A stretch of DNA of 64,000 bases from an uncultured Thermoleophilia bacterium (GCA_963715985.1 CAVQSP010000009.1:106749-170748), one strand, 5' to 3'; shown: positions 42,579-53,349, numbered from the stretch's first letter. The notes: generated from the letters alone by a model not told the origin. Numbers and translations are program-made.

Positions 42579-43655
42579 GTGGGCCGCGCCCGGTCCGCGG
42601 TCGCCTTCTCCCTCGCGGTCGTGTTCATCGCGCTCGTGGCCTTCCCGCCCGCAGGCGCGGCGGCGCCCGCGTACCGCGTCTTCTTCGGCGACCTGCACGA
42701 CCACACGCACTTCTCGGACGGGCAGGGGACCCCCGAGGAGGCCTGGGCGCGGGCCGCGGCGGGTGGCGCCGACTTCATGGCCGTCACCGACCACAGGGAA
42801 GGGCTCACGGCGGCCGAGTGGACCCGCACCCAGAGCGCCGCCGACGCCGCGACCACTCCCACGTTCGTGGCCATCCCGGCGTTCGAGGTCAAGCCCAGGA
42901 TCGGCCATCTCAACGTCTACGGCACGAGCGAACTGCCGCCGATCGGGCTGGATGGAGCCGCCCTGTACGACTGGATCGCCGCCCAGGGGGCGATCGCTGA
43001 GTGGAACCACCCCAGGCGCAACAGCGACGACTTCGACGGCTACGCCTACCGCACGCCGGTGCGCGCCGCCGCCATCGGTCTGCTCGAAGTGGTCAACCGC
43101 GGGAGCGGCTGGCTGTATCCCGATTTCGAGAGCAGCTACGTGCGCGCCCTCGACAAAGGTTGGCGCATCATGCCCGCGGCCAACGGTGACGTCCACGACA
43201 CATCCTGGATCACGGGCTACGGTACGCGCACGGCGCTTCTGGCTCCGGCCCTCACTCGCGATGGACTGTACGAGGCGATGACGGCGCGGCGCGGCTACGC
43301 CACCAAGCTCGACGGGCTCGTGGTGGACTACAAGGTCGGCGGAGCGGTGATGGGCTCGACGGTCACGCGGACGGGCGCTCGGCTTCCGGTCACGGTACAC
43401 GTGCGCGAGCGGGACGCGGCGGGCGGCGCCGTCATCAGCAAGCTGGAGATCATCACCAACGGCGGCAAGGTCGTGGCCTCGCACAAAGGGGACACCGCGG
43501 CGGCCGACTGGACGTCCAGCGTCCGGTCGCGCGCCGGCCGCTACTACTACCTGCGCGTGTGGACCAGGGGCTTCCTGGGGCTGGGCGCCAAGACGGCCTG
43601 GACGGCGCCGGTCTGGGTGGTGGCCGGGGCGTCGGCCGGCGGCATCTCGCGGTAG
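42579..43655 (+). CDS. Secreted PHP-family metallohydrolase (CehA/McbA-like)
   Basis: Signal peptide; GDLHDHTHFSDG, AVTDH, GHLNV, WNHP, NGDVH. Confidence 0.8.
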   Translation: MGRARSAVAFSLAVVFIALVAFPPAGAAAPAYRVFFGDLHDHTHFSDGQGTPEEAWARAAAGGADFMAVTDHREGLTAAEWTRTQSAADAATTPTFVAIPAFEVKPRIGHLNVYGTSELPPIGLDGAALYDWIAAQGAIAEWNHPRRNSDDFDGYAYRTPVRAAAIGLLEVVNRGSGWLYPDFESSYVRALDKGWRIMPAANGDVHDTSWITGYGTRTALLAPALTRDGLYEAMTARRGYATKLDGLVVDYKVGGAVMGSTVTRTGARLPVTVHVRERDAAGGAVISKLEIITNGGKVVASHKGDTAAADWTSSVRSRAGRYYYLRVWTRGFLGLGAKTAWTAPVWVVAGASAGGISR

Positions 43656-43881
43656 CGACGGAGCGCAGGATGCCCGTCCCCATCCCCTTCGTCCTCGTCT
43701 GACTCGGCAGGCGGCTCCCCGGCCGACCTGCCCCGGTCACCCCAGCGGCGGCGCAGGGCAGGGGAGATGTCGTACCATCCACACGACCGACGATCGCCGG
43801 CACGCCGGCAGAACACTCAACGACAGGACACTCCCGGGCGCACCGCGGCGCTGACGAGAGAGACAGGAGACGACGCACGCC

Positions 43882-44310
43882 ATGCTGTACCTGGGCCACT
43901 TCTCTTTCACGACTGCCCCGACCGACGAGGACGGGCCGTCGCACGGGGTCTTCACCTGCTGCGCCGACGCCGAGGACGTCGATGCGGCGCTCGAGAAGCT
44001 GCGCGCACTGGTCCTCCGCCTGAAGGAGGAGGACGACACGCTCGACGACGTGAGCGAGGTGTACCTCGACAGCTGCGTGGAGGTCAGGACGATGCCGGAG
44101 GCCGGCATGATGTCCTACTGGATCAAGTGGCCGCACGAGGAGACCACCTCCATCTCCACAGGGCTCCGCTGGGCCGGCGACGACGAGGCGGTCGGGTACT
44201 CCATCCTCCCCGACGACGACCACGCCGAAGATGAGCACGATCACGACCACGCTGATGACGGGGCGGACGACGACGAAGGCTACGAAGTCGAGCCGTTCGT
44301 GGAGTTCTGA
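43882..44310 (+). CDS. Hypothetical acidic protein with a His/Asp-rich tail
   Basis: RBS AGGAG, GC3-rich codons, DDDHAEDEHDHDHADD. Confidence 0.7.
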   Translation: MLYLGHFSFTTAPTDEDGPSHGVFTCCADAEDVDAALEKLRALVLRLKEEDDTLDDVSEVYLDSCVEVRTMPEAGMMSYWIKWPHEETTSISTGLRWAGDDEAVGYSILPDDDHAEDEHDHDHADDGADDDEGYEVEPFVEF

Positions 44311-44313
44311 CCC

Positions 44314-45228
44314 GTGCAGAAGGTGGACCCGAGCATGAACGCGGTGGCGGCCGCCGTCGGCGCGCCCGATTTCATCCTGCCGTGGCTCGACCGCTTCTAC
44401 GAAACGGAGGACGTGGAGCTGGTCCTCGCCGCGCCGGCCCTGGACGGGGTCGACGAGGCGCGGCTCGAGCGCGCCGTGCGTCGCGCGGTCCTCGACCGCG
44501 ACGAGGCCGGCGTGCACACGCCGGCCTCCTTCCACGGGCGCCTCGAGATCTGGGCGATGTTCGAGGGCTGGAAGGACGTGCCGCTGGCCGTGCACCGGCA
44601 ACTCGCCGACTGGGACGTCGACTACTACGCAGAGTCGATCCGCGCCGACGTCGAGGCCGTCCGCGACGGTCGCACGACCAGCGCGTACCAAGCCGCGTAC
44701 ACCTACCTGCTGCTCCCCGAGGCCGAGGCCGTCATCGCGGAGCAGGAGCACGTCTATCTGTGGCCCTGCGACTGCCGTTCTATCGTCTCGAAGTGCCGCA
44801 AGCCGCTGTTCGTCTGCCTGCGCTTCGAGAACGACCGTGGCTTGGGCTGGGAGATCTCCAAGCAGCGCGCCGTCGAGGTTTTGCACAGCAGCGACAAGGC
44901 CGGGCTCACGCACACCGACTACCTGAGCAACAGGCCGGGGGACCCGCACGCCATCTGCAACTGCTGCACCGACTGCTGCTACCCGCACCTGGCCACGGAC
45001 CGCTTGGGCACGGCTGACGTGTGGCCGGTGCGCCGGCACGTCGCCGTCATCGACATGGGTGTCTGCACGAGCTGCGGCCGCTGCGGGCTGCGCTGCCCCT
45101 TCGACGCCATCATGTGCACCGTGAGCGGCCGGCCGGCGCTCGACCCGGCGCTCTGCCGCGGCTGCGGGCTCTGCGCCACGGGCTGCAGTGCGGACGCCAT
45201 CGAGCTGCGGCCGCTCGCGGCCGGGTGA
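44314..45228 (+). CDS. 4Fe-4S binding protein
   Basis: CDCR..C..C, ICNCCTDCC, two CxxCxxCxxxC motifs. Confidence 0.85.
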   Translation: MQKVDPSMNAVAAAVGAPDFILPWLDRFYETEDVELVLAAPALDGVDEARLERAVRRAVLDRDEAGVHTPASFHGRLEIWAMFEGWKDVPLAVHRQLADWDVDYYAESIRADVEAVRDGRTTSAYQAAYTYLLLPEAEAVIAEQEHVYLWPCDCRSIVSKCRKPLFVCLRFENDRGLGWEISKQRAVEVLHSSDKAGLTHTDYLSNRPGDPHAICNCCTDCCYPHLATDRLGTADVWPVRRHVAVIDMGVCTSCGRCGLRCPFDAIMCTVSGRPALDPALCRGCGLCATGCSADAIELRPLAAG

Positions 45229-45250
45229 ACGCCCGGCCGGACGAACCGGC

Positions 45251-45817
45251 TCAGCCCGCGATCGATTGCTTTCGGATCGTGGCCAGCTCGGCGGCCACGT
45301 CCAGCCGATCCGCCCATTCGTCGAGGTAGTCCTCGTCCAGTATCCCTGCCTGCAGCTCATAGACGCGCAGGGCGTCGTTCAGCTGCTTCTCGCTCCCGCC
45401 CGCCTGTGCCGACCAGCGGAGCTTCATGAGGATCGTGTCCTCTGGCGTGCAGACGCTGATGCGCAGGCCGAGCGCGTCGACGAGTACGCGCCGTGCGAAC
45501 CGTTCACGGTCAAACGGCTCGTCGGTCAGTAGCCAGAAGTCCGCTTTGTCTCCTGATGCGGAGTCGATGAGGTTGAACATGGCGTGGCGGCGTGTGGCCT
45601 CCTCGACGGCGCGCTCGTCGAGGTAGACGTGCGGGCCGGACAGGGCCCGCGTCACTCGCCCCACATCGGTCGCCGAGACGTCGACGACCAGGTCGATGTC
45701 GTGGGTGGCCCTTGGTTCACCCTGGAGGCTCGATGCCAGCGACCCGGTCAGCATGTAGGGCACGCCGGCCTCGTCCAAGGCCTCGACGATGCGCTTCAGG
45801 AGGGCCTGTTGTGACAT
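45251..45817 (-). CDS. Nucleotidyltransferase toxin, MenT1-like
   Basis: MLTGSLASSLQGEPRATHDIDLVV NTase motif and EDTILMKL. Confidence 0.75.
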   Translation of the reverse strand: MSQQALLKRIVEALDEAGVPYMLTGSLASSLQGEPRATHDIDLVVDVSATDVGRVTRALSGPHVYLDERAVEEATRRHAMFNLIDSASGDKADFWLLTDEPFDRERFARRVLVDALGLRISVCTPEDTILMKLRWSAQAGGSEKQLNDALRVYELQAGILDEDYLDEWADRLDVAAELATIRKQSIAG

Positions 45818-46011
45818 GCAGACAGCCGCTCCAGGTAGATGCGCTCCAGCTCAGCCTCGTCGGCCTCTGGAAAGCGTCGCTTCAAGCCCGCGCGGAAGAG
45901 CTCGCGCGAGAGTTCCGTGAGCTCGAAGGCCTTGAGGAGGCGCTGCTCCGGCGTGAGCCGGCGGAGCGCCTCGAGGTAGAGCTGGTGGTTCGGCCGCGGC
46001 TTGGGGTCCAC
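45796..46011 (-). CDS. Small antitoxin-like protein, MenA1-like (probably leaderless)
   Basis: 71 aa LTPEQRLLKAFEL...GLKRRFPEADEAEL overlapping the NTase start; TGcTATCCT lies 6 nt before the GTG. Confidence 0.65.
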   Translation of the reverse strand: MDPKPRPNHQLYLEALRRLTPEQRLLKAFELTELSRELFRAGLKRRFPEADEAELERIYLERLSACHNRPS

Positions 46012-46087
46012 GCGAAGAGGATAGCACCGCGCGCGACCAGCGCGGCCGGGTCTTTCGTTCAACCGGGCGGCGCCTGATCGGCGGCCG

Positions 46088-47527
46088 TCAGTCGGCCGGT
46101 ACGATCGCGTTCAGGCGCTCGGTCAGCTCCTCCGGAGCGCCGGCGCCTCGTGCGTCGCGAGCAGCTCGAGCGCCTTGCGGCGGGCCTTCTCCGTGGCGTC
46201 CAGCCCGCCGCCGTCTATCCAGCGGTCGTAGCTGGCGCGGTTGAGCAGCTGGGCGCGCCACTGGCTGCTGCGCAGGTGGCGCCTGGTGTGCCGCTGGCCG
46301 AGGTAGTCGCCGCCGGGGCCGACGGCCTTGAGCACGTCCACGGCCAGCGTCTCGTCCGAGACCTCGATCTCGGCGAGCAGGCGCCGGTCGCGGGCGATGA
46401 ACTCGGCCGCCAGCACGACCTCGGCGAGCGAATCCGGAGAGGCCGAAGTCCATGTAGCCGACGTCGTGGTTGAGGTTGGCGCCCAGCTGCATGGAGAGCT
46501 TGATGAGCTCGTCGGCCTCCATGCCGGCCTGGGCGTCCACGACCTGCGCGTCGGTGTGGCCGCTGAACCCCCAGTTGGGGATGTCCAGCCACTTGGCCAT
46601 CTCCACCTCGCAGGCATAGGCGCGCGTGAACTCGGGCGAGTTGTACGACGACTGCGACGTCGCCATGTCCAGCGTGTTGGGGCCCTGCCCGATGACGAAC
46701 GGGCGCTCCGGGGACCCGGAGCTGGTGCATGACGAGGCCGAACAGCGCCTCGGCCACGCCGAGCGTGATCTGGCCGGCGGTGGTGATCGGGGCGGTGCCG
46801 CCGGCGACCGGCGACGGGCAGTAGGTGGACGGGACGCCGTGGTCGGCGCAGAACAGCAGCTTGTCCACCGTCTCGAACGGGTGCTTGAGCGGCGTGACGG
46901 GCTGGTTGTACATGACGAAGTAGGGCTTCTCGCGCAGCGCCTCGGCGCCGCCGCGGACCTCGCAGGCCATCCGCCACATGGGCTCCACGGTCTCCACGCC
47001 GCCGGCCGTCATCACGAGCGGCTTGGTGGTGGCCGGGATCATGGCGCGGAACTGCTTGCGGGTAGGCCTCCCGCGCGTCCATGCCGTCGGGGTAGGCGCC
47101 CGACATGACGAAGTCGATGTCGGGCAGGGCGTCGCAGAGACGCGCCGCCTCGGTGACGTCTTCGAGCTTGCCGAGGCGGCGTTCGCCGGTCTCCAGGTCG
47201 TGCAGGTGCATCACGTCGGAGCCGTTGCCGAAGTACGAGCCTCGGCCGCCGAGGTCCATGGCCGGCTCGCCGTCGCGGTCGTAGACGACGAAGCTCGACG
47301 GCACCGACTCGCGCGCCTGCTCGACAAGGGCGGCGCGGGACGTGGACGAGGCCGTCGCCGTCCTTCGTGCAGCCGCCCTCGAGCATGACCTGCTCGCCCT
47401 CCTCGTGGAGGACGACCATGCCGATGTCGGCGAGGATGCCGAGGGCCGTCTCGTAGATGCGCCGCTTCTGCTCTTCGCTGAGGAAGCTGACGCGGCCGGC
47501 GCCGATCTCCTTGCTGCTGTCTGACAT
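46088..47527 (-). CDS. MttB-family methyltransferase, non-Pyl (His at the Pyl position), several frameshifts
   Basis: [58 protein letters not shown]. Confidence 0.88.
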
Positions 47528-47612
47528 GGTCGCTCCTCGGGATGGTGGTGCAAAGGCCAGGCGCCGCCGCCACGGACGGCGCGCCTGGCCGAACACTACA
47601 CCGTCCGGCGGC

Positions 47613-49088
47613 CTAGTGCACGTCCAATTCGCGTTCTGCGGCATCGATAATCGACTTAAGTTCTGCCGCGACCGCGTCCGGGCAGCGGCTCCGGCCGGTG
47701 CGTCTCGAGGATGCGCCGGGCCTCGGCGAGGGCGCGGTCGTAGAGCGTCGTCGACCCGTCGGCGGCCCACTCCTCGCGGACCCGGCGGTCGATGAGACCT
47801 GCTCCGCGACTGGTCGCGCATGCCTTTGTACGTGTCGTCGTGGGCGAGGAAGTCGTTGAACGGCCCGATCTCGGCGATGACGTCCACGGCGAGCGTCTCG
47901 TCGCTCACCGGGATGCCCGGCACGCAGTACTTGACCATGCGCGCGAACTCCGCGTCCATGACCAGCTGCGCGTAGTCGATGGTGACGCCCGATTCCAGCA
48001 TCCCCAGCCCGTAGATCAGGTTGGCCCCTGCCAACGCCGGCAGCAGGCTGGTGATCGTCTTCTCGTGTCCGGATTGGGCGTCCGACACTTTGGAGTCGCC
48101 CTACGCACCGGCGACCCAGCTGGGCAGCAGGTAGTAGCGCGCCAGGCAGGCCACGCCGGCGCCGATCATGCCGCACTCGGGGCTGCCCACCGAGGCGCTG
48201 GCGAAGCGCAGGTCCAGAGCCGTGGTGGACGAGCCGTAGATGACCGGGCGTGCCGCGCTCCGTGAGCTGCGCCAGCGTGATGCCGCTGAGCACCTCGGCG
48301 TTGTGGCCGACCAGCGTGCCGGCCAGGCTCACCGGCGACGACCCGCCGGCCATGGCCATGGAGAGCACGTTGACGGGGATGCCGGCGCGGGCGCCCTCGA
48401 TGATGATGCGGCAGACGTCGGCGACCAGCTTGAGCGGGCTCACCGGGCAGGTGAGGAACGAGAGGATGGGGCGGCGGCGGAGCTCGTCGTGCCCGCCGGC
48501 GATGGCCGCCGCCATGTCGATCATCTTGCGCGCGCAGAAGCCCGTGAGCGGGCCGATGGTGGCGTGCTTCGTGGTGTTGCTGAAGATGGCCTCGGCGTTG
48601 TGCAGCGCCGCCGTGTCCTGCGGCGACGTCGTGGGCGCCCAGCGGCCGCTCCACCACGTCGATCTCGGGCAGCGCGTCGATGATCCTGCGTGCAGTCGGC
48701 GACGTCCTGCTTGCGCGACTCGTGCAGCTCGCCGGTGTACGGGTCGACGACCTGGATGCCCTCGCCGAAGTTGGTGAAGCCGACGCGGCCGTCCTCAAGG
48801 ACGACGTCCCGGGCCGGGTCGCGCCCGCACATCACGACCTTGGGCGGCGCCGAGCGGATCGCGTCCTCCACGAGGTGCGCCGGGATGCGCACCACGCCGC
48901 GTCTCGCGATCGACCTCGGCGCCGGCCGCCGGCGAAGATCTCCTGCGCCTCCGCGTCCTCCACGAAGACACCGGTGCGCGCCAGTACCTCCAGCGTCGCG
49001 AGATGGATCTCGTGAGCTCGTCGTCGGTGAACACCTCGAGCCTGAAGCCGCCGCTCTTGCGCGCTCCTGCGCGCGGGTTACGGATCAT
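47613..49088 (-). CDS. mttB: Trimethylamine:corrinoid methyltransferase with in-frame amber (pyrrolysine) at 48101-48103; several frameshifts
   Basis: [36 protein letters not shown][TAG][27 protein letters not shown]; ~490 codons. Confidence 0.9.
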
Positions 49089-49091
49089 CGG

Positions 49092-50488
49092 TCAGCCTCC
49101 CGCCGTGCGTTCCTTGAACTTCTCGACGCTGTTGATGGGCACGTCCAGCACGCGCGCGATGTTGAACTTGGCCTCGATCTGGTTGGCCTGCCAGGGCTGG
49201 CTGATGGCGTAGCTGTGGACGCGCCCGAACCCGTGCTCGTTGCGCACGTCGGTCATCACGACCGGGTCCGAGAGGTCGAACGGCGTGACGCCGAGCTTGT
49301 CGGCCACGTACTGCTTGGCTTCCGTGAGGCGCATGCCCCGAGTCATCTGCATACGGGCAACCAGGTCTCCGCCTGCCCGAATACCGCCGATGCTCGCCGC
49401 CTGCGCGTGCGCGTTGTGCATGCCGTGCGGGTCGCCCGAGCCGACCTACAAGCCGTCCACGTGCAGCAGCTCGACGAACGACTTGGCCGCCCGGCAGACG
49501 GCGTCCGAGGGCAGGTGCACGAACATCGGCACGCCGCCGACGCCCATGCCGGCGTTGGGGTGCACGGGGATCTCGGCGACCTCCATGCAGGGCTTGATGA
49601 GGGCGATGGCGCGGGCCATGTTCCAGGCCAGCGACTTGCCGGTGTTGACGTTGACGACGGGCCCGAACATGGTGGCGCCGGCCTTCTGCGCGAGCAGCAG
49701 CTGGTCCTTGGGCCACAGCCCGGCGAGGCGCACGCCCTCCCACTCGAGCTGGCCGTGCATGCCGAGCACGAACTCGCCGGCCATGCCCAGCTGCACGCCC
49801 ATGTCGGGGTACTTCTCGCGGATGATCTTCGTGGCGCGCAGCGCGGCCAGGAACTCGGGGTCGCCGGAGGCGCCGGTGGTGTCCCAGTCGATGGCGTCGG
49901 CGCCGGCCTCCCACTGCGAGTCGGCGAGGTTGACCATGTCGACGACGGCCATCTCGACGGCCTCTTCGGCGGCCGCCCGCGCCTCGGCGATCTTGCCCAG
50001 CGGCAAGCAGCTCGTTCCAGTTGTCGCAGGGCCCGTCGGGCTTGGAGTAGAGGCCCAGGTTGGGCATCACGCCGTACTGCAGCGGGGCGATGGTGCAGAG
50101 CTGCGCGTCGTGCATGTACTGGGCCTCGTAGGCGAGGATGGTGCGCACCACCTTGAGCGAGTAGTCGCCGACGCAGAGCTCGAGCAGGTCGGCGCCCATC
50201 CACTGCTCGTAGGACTGCAGGTCCTGGATGCGCGTGGCGTGCGTCTTCATGCCCCGTGCCGTCGCAGCTGAGGACGATCTCCTCGCCGACGTCGACGCCG
50301 ATGAAGCGCAGCGGCGAGGCGTAGATGTCGAGCAGGTGGTCGATCTCGTCGTCGGTGAGCGGCGCCACCTTGGCGCGCTTCACGGCCGCCGCCACGCCCG
50401 CCTCGAGATCGGCGCGGATCTCGCTGCGCGTCAGCCGCGCAAAGGTGCCGTCGCCCATGCGGGTCGGCACCCTGGCCTCGTTCGTCAC
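49092..50488 (-). CDS. mtbB: Dimethylamine:corrinoid methyltransferase with in-frame amber (pyrrolysine) at 49446-49448; frameshifts ~50255 and ~50005
   Basis: TRMGDG, MPNLGLYSKPDGP, DTTGASGD, GMAGEFVLGMHG, GMGVGGVPM, DGL[TAG]VGSGDP, GIRAGGDLVARMQ; ~465 codons. Confidence 0.93.
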
Positions 50489-50531
50489 GTCGTCCTCCCC
50501 GTTCAGGCGACCGGCGCGGTCGGGCCATCGA

Positions 50532-50590
50532 CTAATCGACCGGTCAATTAGCTGATAGACAGTCCACACCAGCGCACGCGGCGATGTCAA
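50532..50590. promoter_or_regulatory. Palindromic operator and minus-strand -35 upstream of mtbB
   Basis: CTAATCGACCGGTCAATTAG (near-perfect 20-bp palindrome, 50532-50551); minus-strand TTGACA at 50585-50590. Confidence 0.7.
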
Positions 50591-50682
50591 GAGCGGCCGG
50601 GCGCTGGCGTCGCACGGGTATCATCGCGCCGTGCGCGCAGTGCGGCGGCAGAAGCGAAGACGGAGACGGAAGAAGGCGGCGG

Positions 50683-52140
50683 ATGAGAGCGCACACGACC
50701 TGGCTGAGCGAGGCCGAGAAGAGCAGGATCGTCGACGCAGGCGATGGAGCCTGCTCGGGAACGTGGGCATGCGCTTCGCCGGCTCGAGCGTGCTGCCCCT
50801 GCTGGCGGAGCGCGGGGCGGACGTGGACGAGGCCACCGGGCTCGTCCGTCTTCCCCGCGAGCTCGTGGAGTGGGCGGTCGGCCAGTGCCCCCGCCGGATC
50901 GTCATGGCCGGCCTCGACGGAGGCGGACGACGTGCGTGCTGGACGAGGGCGAGCCCTTCCACTTCGCGCCCAGCGGCTGCGTCGCGAAGACGCTCGACTT
51001 CCGCAGCGGGCGAGCGCCGCGCCAGCACGCTGCAGGACGTGCGCGAGTGCACGGCCCTCAACGACGAGCTGCCCGAGCTCGACATCATGTGGACGCAGGT
51101 GAGCGCATCCGACGTGCCGCTGGAGGCACGCGAGCTCACCGAGTACTTCACGCTGCTCACCGAGACGCGCAAGCACGTGACCTTCGTCGACTGCCCTACG
51201 GAGGTCGACGCGGTCGTGCGGCTCTGCGAGGCCCTGGCGGGCGACCTGGAGCGCTTCCGCGCCCGCCCGCGCATCTCCACCGTGGTCACCGCGGCGTCGC
51301 CGCTGCAGGTGGACGGCGGCATCCTCGACGTGCACGTGGCGCTGGCGCGGCACGGCGTGCCCGTCAAGATCTACTCGATGGCCATCGCCGGGGCGACGGC
51401 GCCGGTGACGCTGGCCGGCACGGTGGTGCAGGGTCTCGCCGAGTTCCTCGGCGTCGCCACGGCGCTGCAGGTGGCGGCGCCCGGGCGCGCGCCTCGTCTT
51501 CTGCTTCGGCTCGGGCGTGCTCGACATGCGCCAGACGACGTTCGCGCTGGGCTGCGTGGAGGCGCGCTGATGGCGGCCATGGCCACCGAGGTCGGCCACC
51601 ACGTCGGCGTGCCGACCCTCAGCCCCGGCTTCTCGACCGACGCCCGGCACGTCGCCCTGCAGGACGGCTACGAGAAGGCGATGAAGGCGGCGACAGTGTG
51701 CGCCGCCAACCCGGACGTCGTCACCGGCTGGGGGCTCGTGGACTCGCACAACACGATGTCGCTGCCGCAGTCGGTCATCGACAACGAGATGGCCGGCATG
51801 CTGCAGGCGGCTGAACCGGCCGGTCGAGGTCTCCGACGCCACGCTCGCCGCCGAGGCCTTCGACGCCGTCGGGCCGGGCGGCGGGTTCCTCGGCCGCAAG
51901 GAGACGGCCAAGCGCATCCGCGCCGGCGAGCACTACCTGCCGACCCTCTCGAGCCGGCTCTCCTACGAGAAGTGGGTGGAGCAGGGCGCGACGGAGTACG
52001 ACGAGGCCTGCGCGCGCGTGGAGGCGCTGCTGGCCGCGCACGCCTCAAGGAGCCGTACATCGACGGCGCGCTGCTGGACGAGATCGCGGCCATCTGCCGC
52101 GTGGACGACGACGCCGTGCGCCGAGCACGGCGCGAAGTGA
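50683..52140 (+). CDS. MttB-family methyltransferase, non-Pyl (Ser at the Pyl position), several frameshifts; end approximate
   Basis: FAPSGC, TAASPLQ, MAIAGATAPVTLAG, PGFSTDAR, VGPGGGFL. Confidence 0.85.
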
Positions 52141-52155
52141 CCTGGGGAGGACTAC

Positions 52156-53077
52156 ATGACGCTCAGGATCGGCTACATCGGGCTCGGCGCCCTCGGCAGG
52201 CACCTGGCCGGGAGCCTGCTGCGCGCCGGCTTCCCGCTCACCGTGTACGACGTGGACGCGAGCTGCGCCGTCGAGCTCGGCAGGGCGGGCGCCGTCTGCG
52301 CCGACTCGATCGCGGAGACCGCGCGCGCCTCCGACACCATCATCACCTGCCTGCCGTCGCCCGAGGCGGTGGCCTCCGTGGTCGCCGAGGAGGGCGGCGT
52401 GCTCGAGGCGCTCGCCCCCGGCGGCACCTGGATCGACATGAGCACCAACGACGCGCACGAGCTGCAGCGCCTCTCCCGGCTCGCCGCCGCCAGAGGCATC
52501 GAGACGCTCGAGGCGCCGGTCACCGGCGGCGTGCACCGCGCCGCCGCCGGCATGATCACCGTGCTCGTCGGCGGCAAGCCGGAGGTGTTCGAGAAGCACC
52601 GCCCGGCCTTCGACGCCATGGGCGGGCGCGTCTTCTACATCGGCGAGCTGGGCCAGGCCTCGGTGATCAAGGTCATCACCAACATGCTGGCCTTCATCCA
52701 CCTCGTCGCCGACGGCGAGGCGCTCATGCTCGCCAAGAAGGGCGGCATCGACCTCAAGCTGGCCTGGGACGTCATCAAGGCGAGCTCGGGCAACAGCTTC
52801 GTGCACGAGACCGAGGGCCAGCTCGATCCTGAACGGCAGCTACAACATCAACTTCACCATGGACCTGGCCCGCAAGGACCTCTACTTCGCCCACCAGATG
52901 GGCCGCGAGTTCGGCGTGCCGCTGGAGCTGGCCGGCCTCACCGAGCAGATCTTCGCGCGCGCCCGGGCCATGTACGGCGGGGGCGCGCAGTCGCCCATGG
53001 TCGTCAAGATGCTGGAGGAGGCCGTGGGCACCGACCTGCGCGCCCCGGGCTTCCCCGCCGAGCTCGAGCCCGAGTGA
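52156..53077 (+). CDS. Beta-hydroxyacid dehydrogenase (3-hydroxyisobutyrate DH family), frameshift ~52825
   Basis: IGYIGLGALG, IDMST, EAPVTGG, KVITN, ARKDL. Confidence 0.88.
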
Positions 53078-53175
53078 TCGCCGCAGGCGGATCATCGTGC
53101 GGCGCGCCGAAGGGGCGCCGCACAATGATCGCCGCAGTCAAATCACCGTGCGGCGCGCCGAAGATGGCGCCGCAG
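53074..53175 (+). repeat. Tandem 51-nt hairpin repeat (2 units); further copies at 22014-22067(-) and 35277-35330(+)
   Basis: (G/A)TGATCGCCGCAG...GTGCGGCGCGCCGAAG..GCGCCGCA twice; stem closing a C-GAA-G loop. Confidence 0.8.
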
Positions 53176-53242
53176 TCAGTGAGCGGCGACGACGGCAGTG
53201 AGCCGGCCGCCGAAGATTCAGCGAAAGCAGCTGACGAGGCAC

Positions 53243-53289
53243 AGATGTTCTTCTGCCGGCTTGACCGAGAGAACATGTGCGCGAATACT
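53243..53289 (+). promoter_or_regulatory. Promoter of the ygc-like operon, homologous to the lrp promoter at 58955-59003
   Basis: TTGACC-17-AATACT, flanked by the ATGTTC/GAACAT inverted repeat. Confidence 0.7.
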
Positions 53290-53349
53290 CTGGACCCGGC
53301 GCACCCCGCGCGCGCCGCGCGGGCGCGCCCTGACAGGAGAGCGGGCAGC

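Noticed and set aside
53074-53175. Tandem repeat as a CRISPR array
   Set aside because: Only two adjacent units, no spacers and no cas genes; treated as a REP-like repeat.
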